Part shown: piece after piece, positions 56,662 through 64,000 of the stretch | How positions within the stretch are numbered: position 1 is the stretch's first letter | Layout of the letters: the number at the start of each line of letters is the position of its first letter | Assembly: GCA_951406725.2 (NCBI GenBank) | Contig: OX597832.1 | Span: 70,184,001 to 70,248,000, forward strand | Source: Octopus vulgaris | Taxonomy: Eukaryota | Reading direction: 5' to 3' | DNA: 64,000 bases | Notes under the pieces: model-generated | Seen by the model: the letters and a program-made list of their open reading frames with translations, nothing else | Database searches by the model: none | What the model was told of the DNA's origin: nothing | Translations under genes and position numbers: made by a program

Positions 56662-57080
56662 CAAGTGGAAAGCAAGTGTTGCTTTCGGAAGGCTAGAAAA
56701 GCGCCTCTGGAGTCGGCGAGACATATGCAGAAAGATAAAAGTGTACAAGGCATGTGTGCTCCCTTCTCTCTATGCCTGCGAAACGTGGGTCACATATCAA
56801 TGCCACCTTAAACAACTGGAACATTTCCACCAGATGTGCCTCAGACGGATATATGGCATTAAGTGGAAGGACCGCATCAGTGATCTTGAAATGTTGCAAG
56901 GCTCTCAGTGTGAAAGTATAGAAGCTCTAGTGTTAAAGCAAAGGCTCAAATGGAGTGGTCATCTGGTCAGGAGGAAGGATTCAAGGATGCCAAAACAACT
57001 ATTTTATGGTGAGTTAGCTAAAGGAGAACGACCTCCACATAAACCAAAAAAGAGGTATAAGGACTTGCTGAAGGCATAAT
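56662..57080 (+). mobile_element. RTE-clade LINE RT C-terminal fragment
   Basis: KASVAFGRL..KIKVYKACVLPSLYACETW..LEHFHQMCLRRI..RLKWSGHLVR..RMPKQLFYGEL..KRYKD. Confidence 0.9.
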
Positions 57081-58234
57081 AAACTGATACCCAAACGTCG
57101 ACCAACTGAAATAGTGTGACTGTCACAATATTAGAAAAATGTACGATAAAATCGACAGTAATTGTTGTATTTGCTTATTATCATACGGAATAATACTGAA
57201 CAGCAGCTAGTATATTATTAGCTGTACTATAAAGAAATGTATTTTAATAATATTAACTTTTAGAAAATTATTATCAAAATCTAAAACGACATATGCAACG
57301 AAGGGAAGGCGAAAAGGAGTAAGACGAAAGTTTTGAAGACAGCTGCATGCTAGACTATCGCTGATTGGTTGATTGAATTGAAAATTAACCAATAAAACGC
57401 GATCACCATGCAAACGGCCACGACTCCCATAAACTGTCATTCGCAACCTAGGCATGTAATGTTCGATGCACAATAGAGTCGACTAATGAAGTATATATAT
57501 GTGTGTGTGTGTGTGTGTGAGTGTGTGTGTGTGTGTGTGTGTGAGTGTGTGTGTGCAATTAGTGTGCACCAATGCAAGTGCTTATGTGTAGGGCAGCATG
57601 TTAATAAAATCATTGGAGCGCCAGAAAGTACACAATGCGCAACAGTTTCTAGCATTCTTCGATTTGGAGTTTAAGGAACATTTTATGTCCCTAGAATAAA
57701 GAAATGAAGCAAGGAAATCTGACAGTGGAGACATTTTATCCCTAAGCATTAGTTCGAGACAACATAATGTCTTCTGGCTGCGGCGTTGGTCATGTTGCGG
57801 TTCACTTGTTTGTATAGGAAGCAGACAAAAGGATAGATATATGTCCAGGAGAGGAATGAAGGGGTACATAAACAGTAGTGTGTAATGGTAAAGAAGGTGG
57901 GTTCTATGGAAGATGGTGGAGATGGGGAAAGTATTTATAGATGTTATCATTGATATTAATGTTTGAGGGCGATTAGTGTCGGTAAATGAAGTGGAGTGTT
58001 GACAATGGGGCTCGGTTAATTAGTTTTGGTTGTTATTAGGGAGAAGGAGGGGCAAATGGATATGAAGATTGTGGTGGAGAGACGTGATGGGGGATACTAA
58101 AGGAATTATGGCCAGAAGTGAGCGAGGCACAATGTATTAGGCACACACACACAGATATATATATATCGTTGCATATATTTCCGCATCTGTAATAATTCTA
58201 GAGTTGGTATTATATATATATATATATATATATT

Positions 58235-58429
58235 TATTCTTTTACTTTTTTCAGTCATTTGGCTGCGGTCATGCTGGAACACCGCTGTTAGTCGAGCAAA
58301 TCGACCTAGGAACTTATTCTTTGTAAGCCTAGTCTATCGGACACTATTGGCGAACCGCTAAGTTGCGGGGACGTAAACACACCAGAGTCGGTTGTCAAGC
58401 GATTGTGGGGGAGGACAAACACACACGTA

Positions 58430-58474
<45 letters not shown>

Positions 58475-58628
58475 GACGGGCTTCTTTCTGTTTCCGTCTA
58501 CCAAATCCATTCACAAGGCTTTGGTCGGCACGAGGCTATAGTTGAAGACACGTGCCTAAGGTGCCACGCAGTAGAACTGAACCCGGAACCATGTGGTTAG
58601 TAGCAAGCTACTTACCACACAGCCACAT
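58235..58628 (-). mobile_element. SINE family B with internal (TA)n
   Basis: Reverse complement of 13692-14127. Confidence 0.85.
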
Positions 58629-59504
58629 CTATGGGCTTACTAGTTCACAATTTCGCGCTCCGTCGCAGTATCCCACGTTTTATCTCGTTATTCGAGTAAT
58701 GGAAGAAAGGAGTAATTTTCCGTAGCATTCTATTATGATTATCAGTGGTTCACTAATGTTGATTTTTATTCTTGGGGCGGCGGGGAGCAAAGTTAAAACA
58801 TTATATTAATTGGGAGTCTCTCAATCGATGCCTAAAATCTTACATAGGTCTTTCCATTTATAAAATACTTATATATAAGTAGTTTGTTTTATACGTTTTT
58901 AATATACTTTGTGAGTATATTTTGTTTCCTGAAATTTTCCTTAGTTTTTGATTTCAAGGTCCTTACTTGACATTCCTTACAATCAGATTTATGTAAAAGT
59001 GCACAGGATCATGATCGATATTGAAAACGATGTTGTTTCATGTAAATATATTTTGAATATTCGAAGAGACAATGAGAAAAATGTCGCATAAAAGTTTAAA
59101 ATTTATTTGATTTAACAATAATTCGATTCTAGAAGTTCTATGGTAATAAGGAACTCAATGACAAAAACTAAAAATGCTCTTTACAAACAGATCATATCAG
59201 AAAATCTAAATATATTAAATAAATTCCATTCTATTTTCATCTCAGAATTCTCTAAAACAGTTCTCCTGTTCATTCTAAATGTATTTATTAGCAAACAACA
59301 CACAATGAAGCAGTGAAGGCATTTTGTTTTTTCACAGCTAAATACATTAGCATAACATTGACACGATTAATTTTTCATAACTTGCATGTCACTAATTTTT
59401 ATTATTCGTTTATACAAGTGTATAAACACTAATTCAGGCAAGAACGAGTTTGACAAGCGTCATGTAAAGGGAAAATAAGAAAAGGTCGTTTTTTATTTTC
59501 GAAT

Positions 59505-60268
59505 ATTTTCATTTGTCTCATTTGTCTTATTTTTAAACTTTGGTTTTTTTTTCTTGAGAACACATTCTTCGTGGTAAATGGCGAGTTTGATGTCTATATC
59601 TAGCATACAGGCTGTCCACTATTAGTGGTCATTCCTCTAAATTTTGTATGTATAACATTTTTAATTTTTGGATTTTTAAAAAATATTCCAAGCCACTGGT
59701 TTTAATTGATTAATATCAATTTCTACCCTTATTTAATTCTAAATAAAAAAAATGTTCTCTAGCCGGTAAATTAACTGTTGTAGTATATTAACTGCAGAGT
59801 AATTTCCGATCTCAGCGCGCCTAAGTGAAGGCATTTGAAAGATACACATATATATAATTTGTGGAGCTTTATACACGCTGGATTTCGGTCGAGCGCCCTG
59901 CATCTAGTTTTGGAGATTGTATTTCGTAAACAACAGACTACGCTGACGATCTTGCAGGTGTTTATGTATCTATATACGTAAATATTAAAAAGTGAAACTA
60001 ATTAGTACGTAGGTAATCGTTTATTATTTTCGTGTATTTTCATTTGTCTTATTTTTAAACTTTTGTTTTTGCTGAACTTTTCTTGAGAACACATTCTTCG
60101 TGGTAAATGGCGAGTTTGACGTCTATATCTAGCATACAGGCTATCCACTATTAGTGGTCACTCCTCTAAATTTTGTATGTATAAAATTCTTAATCTTCGG
60201 ATTTTTTAAAAATATGCCAGGCCACTGGTTTTAATTGATTAATATCAATTTCTAACCTTATTTAATTT

Positions 60269-60270
<2 letters not shown>
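59505..60270 (+). mobile_element. ~530-nt unit with ~235 bp terminal direct repeats (PLE pLTR or retrozyme-like), ending in (TA)n
   Basis: 59506-59740 recurs at 60037-60270. A hammerhead lies between the repeats, and the same terminus occurs alone at 38319-38390. Confidence 0.8.
59938..60012 (+). ncRNA. Type I hammerhead ribozyme motif, predicted cleavage after 60007
   Basis: ctacg-CTGACGA-..-GAAA-c(taatta)GTA-cgtag. Stem II closing pair is mismatched. Confidence 0.7.
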
Positions 60271-60304
<34 letters not shown>

Positions 60305-60451
60305 TATATTATATTATATATATGTATATATATAGGTGTATATATATAGATATATATAGAGAGAGATATACACACACAGAGGTATATATGTATAAATATA
60401 TATAAGTATATATATGTACTAATAATATTTTAAATGAAAGATTATTGCGAT

Positions 60452-60484
60452 TGTCGACCGGTTTCGCTTTCGCTAGTCATGACA
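60452..60484 (-). ncRNA. 33-nt minimal hammerhead motif with A3-U8 core
   Basis: tgtc-ATGACTA-gc(gaaa)gc-GAAA-c(cg)GTC-gaca. Confidence 0.7.
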
Positions 60485-60835
60485 TTAAAATTATTATAAT
60501 TTCGTATTTTCATAAGAAGATTGTAGTCCAAGTTCTTATTCAAGAACATGGTCGACATCCACAACGCTCTTTCTTTTAAAGTATATTAGAACTCTGTAAA
60601 CTGTGTGCATTTTAATTCTTTTATTACATATGTATTTTGTGCATTACAACCCACCAGGTGGGGACAATCGGAATTCTCATTCTCCCTCTTCTTACTATAT
60701 ATATATATATACGGTTTAAGTAATTGAGATTCAAGTGAATTCTAATGAATTCACATGAATATGGTCCTTAACTAGGATGCACCGGAAATCTATATGATGT
60801 TAACCATACGACAAGTGGGGTGATTACAAGTAGGA

Positions 60836-61449
60836 AAAAAGCAACAAGAATGGATTAAAATATCGGTACAATTGTTTCGTACGAGGACATCTTTAATAAG
60901 CTACAAAAATGCAGTAAATATAGATGGCTCGTACTCGTCGGCCGAAAAAACATCAGAGATTCCCAAACATCAAAAGGGGTAGATACAAATAAGGGTGCGA
61001 GTTTAACTGCATTGAAAAAAGTTTGATTCCTAGAGATCCGATGAAAGGTCTTGAACTTACAGAATTTGTGCATAAATTTCAATAACAATCTGTTCCTCTA
61101 CACGATATGACAGTCACTTTGCTTCTTACTCGGATTCTCAGAAATTTCGCATGGCTGTATCCAAAATTTCTTCACATAACTTGATTAACAATTCACTATG
61201 AGCTATATATGGACATGCACAAATTCTGTAAGTTCAAGACCTTTCATCGGATCTCCAGGAATCGAACTTTCTTCAATGCAGTTAAACTCACACCCGTATT
61301 TGTATCTACCCCTTTTGATGTTTGGGAATCTCTGATGTTTTTTTCGGCTGACGAGTACGAGCCATCTATATTTATTGCATTTTTGTAGCTTATTAAAGAT
61401 GTCCTCGTACGAAACAATTGTACCGATATTTTAATCCATTCTTGTTGCT

Positions 61450-61519
<70 letters not shown>

Positions 61520-61859
61520 AAGCAACAAGAATGGATTAAAATATCGGTACAATTGTTTCGTACGAGGACATCTTTAATAAGCTACAAAAAATGCAATAAA
61601 TATAGATGGCTCGTACTCGTCAGCCGAAAAAACATCAGAGATTCCCAAACATCAAAAGGGGTAGATACAAATAAGGGTGTGAGTTTAACTGCATTGAAGA
61701 AAGTTCGATTCCTGGAGATCCGATGAAAGGTCTTGAACTTACAGAATTTGTGCATGTCCATATATAGCTCATAGTGAATTGTTAATCAAGTTATGTGAAG
61801 AAATTTTGGATACAGTCATGCGAAATTTCTGAGAATCCGAGTAAGAAGCAAAGTGACTG

Positions 61860-61862
<3 letters not shown>
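60836..61862. mobile_element. Three alternating-orientation copies of a hammerhead-bearing PLE-terminus-like repeat
   Basis: 60836-61072, inverted 61106-61456, then inverted again 61514-61862 across (TA)n. Confidence 0.88.
61344..61426 (+). ncRNA. Type I hammerhead ribozyme with canonical core, predicted cleavage after 61422 (copies: ~61543-61627 - intact; ~60863-60945 - with U4C)
   Basis: tcgg-CTGACGA-gtacgag..ctcgtac-GAAA-c(aatt)GTA-ccga. Confidence 0.88.
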
Positions 61863-61946
<84 letters not shown>

Positions 61947-62362
61947 GAACGTGCCACCTGTGTAGGCAAGGTAGGCGGTGTCTATCCTGAAAAACATTAA
62001 ATGATAGTAATGTTTTCCTTTTATGGCAAAATATGCACCTAATTCAATAAAATTTTGAAGTTTACTCTGATTTCTATGCATAAAATTCAAAATATCTTCT
62101 TTTTTTTGTTCGTATATTAGGTTGGCATAATTCGCCCCTGCCTTTCAATTTCAGTATTAAAACTATGTATAGTACTGCTGCAGTATACGTGTTGCGTACA
62201 TTCCTACAATAACGTATTCTTTACATGCTATGAACGCAGAGCTAATTCTGCCTCCAACTCAACCACACCTGTGTTTCACTGATATTTTTGCGTGTTTCCT
62301 GCATAGATGTCACCAACTGCCGACCCTGAGTAATTACTGACGGCACGTGCCTGACTTATATG

Positions 62363-62412
<50 letters not shown>

Positions 62413-62475
62413 CATATAAGTCAGGCACGTGCGTCAGCAATTACTCAGGGTCGGCAGTTGGTGACATCTATGCAG

Positions 62476-62529
<54 letters not shown>

Positions 62530-63139
62530 AGAAAAAGGAGGAAGAGAATTCCATTTGTCCCCACCTGGTGAGGTGTTATGCAAAAAATATGTGATAAAAC
62601 AAAGAAAATTATATATATCGAATTAAATCAAGGAGTCCTTTAGCAATGTTTCACAAGAAAGGGAAAGCTAAAACTGTAATTAAATACGTCAGAGATTGTT
62701 AGAACACCTACAATTCTAGAAATAAGAGCTAAAGTGCTCTTTACATATATATATATATATATATATATTTATATGTACTCACATATACGACCGCTCCACC
62801 TTCCTCAACTCAGGTCCATTTTATTTCACAGTTTGTATGTGTAGGTTTCATTTTAAAATTGCCTGCAACCAACCCTATTATGTGTGCTTATCCTGCAACT
62901 CTTGTGCTAACTCTTACGGTATTTCACTTTTACTGCCTCTTCCACTACGAAATGAAGCGTTACTGGAGAATTGAAGATACGAAACAATCAACATATATAT
63001 CAGCTAATCTACACACGCGCGCGCACATGTACATGTACATTACATTTATACTTGGCCCCCAACACCTAAAATACGAATGTAAAACAGCATACATACACAT
63101 ATATTATATATATATGCAGATAGATATGTATGTATACAT

Positions 63140-63222
<83 letters not shown>

Positions 63223-64000
63223 CATGCACACGCCACACACACACAAATAGATACACATATTAATTAAACAAAAGTAAAAAGAATCCTATTGCGTTTCACT
63301 TATTAATGCTGAACAAGTGATTTCCTAACATTATTCCTCCAATGTTCCCATGTACATCACGAACAAGACATAGGTAAATACATATTGTGAAATATATATT
63401 AAAGAAAACTCAAGAAAGAAAACAGAACACATGAATGAAAATACAGTGAATTGCAGATTAAGGGCAGGAGAGGTATAAATAGGTAAACGAAAATTGGGAC
63501 AGATCGATGATGCCACTTCAAAGGAACATCTTTTTTATTCATTTATTTACATGATTTTTTATTTTGTTTTATTTGTTATATATATTCTGATTGAGATGCA
63601 ACAGTTCTTGACTAGAAAAAAGGCATTGTGTTAGACTTTCTTCTTTAGCTTGAAATTATTCTTTATATATATCTATGTTATAAAACTCTCACTCTCTCTA
63701 TCTCTCCCTCTCTGTATATATATATATACATGTGCGTGTGTATGTATATGTGTGTGTGCGTACGTGTGTGTTTGTCTGAGGGAATGTGTGTATGCGTGAA
63801 TGTGTGACTGAGGTCAGCCAATAATGAACAAATGGTGTGATACTATTTTACTTGACTCCCGGAAAACATCTTATCTCTGACATTCAATGAGTTGTACTGA
63901 TATTACAGTCTACATCAAAGTATATGCAGTATTTGTGTGTACGTGTGTGCATATGTATGCGTATATGCAAGATATATATATATATAATATATATATATAT

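Overview
AT-rich, microsatellite-saturated animal genomic DNA. The SINE and repeat families resemble those I recall from octopus or cephalopod genomes, but that assignment is inference. I cannot support any host protein-coding exon, and most ORFs in the track are translations of (TA)n, (CA)n, (TAA)n or (ATGT)n. The window is a mosaic of transposon relics: a near full-length IR/DR Tc1 (DD34E), mariner, maT (DD37D) and DUF4817-type relics, a Gypsy fragment, RTE and CR1/L2-type fragments, three R4/Dong-like RLE LINE copies sitting in (TAA)n, tandem non-autonomous Helitrons, tRNA-derived SINEs, and several Penelope-like (PLE) RT/GIY-YIG fragments. The most interesting signal is non-coding. More than ten minimal type I hammerhead-ribozyme motifs from several unrelated repeat families can be read directly from the sequence. 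Some show C3-G8, U3-A8 or A3-U8 covariation. They sit in palindromic cassettes with outward-facing ribozymes or in 343-530 nt retrozyme-like repeat units, mostly next to (TA)n. Short inverted duplications of flanking DNA across (TA)n tracts also recur.
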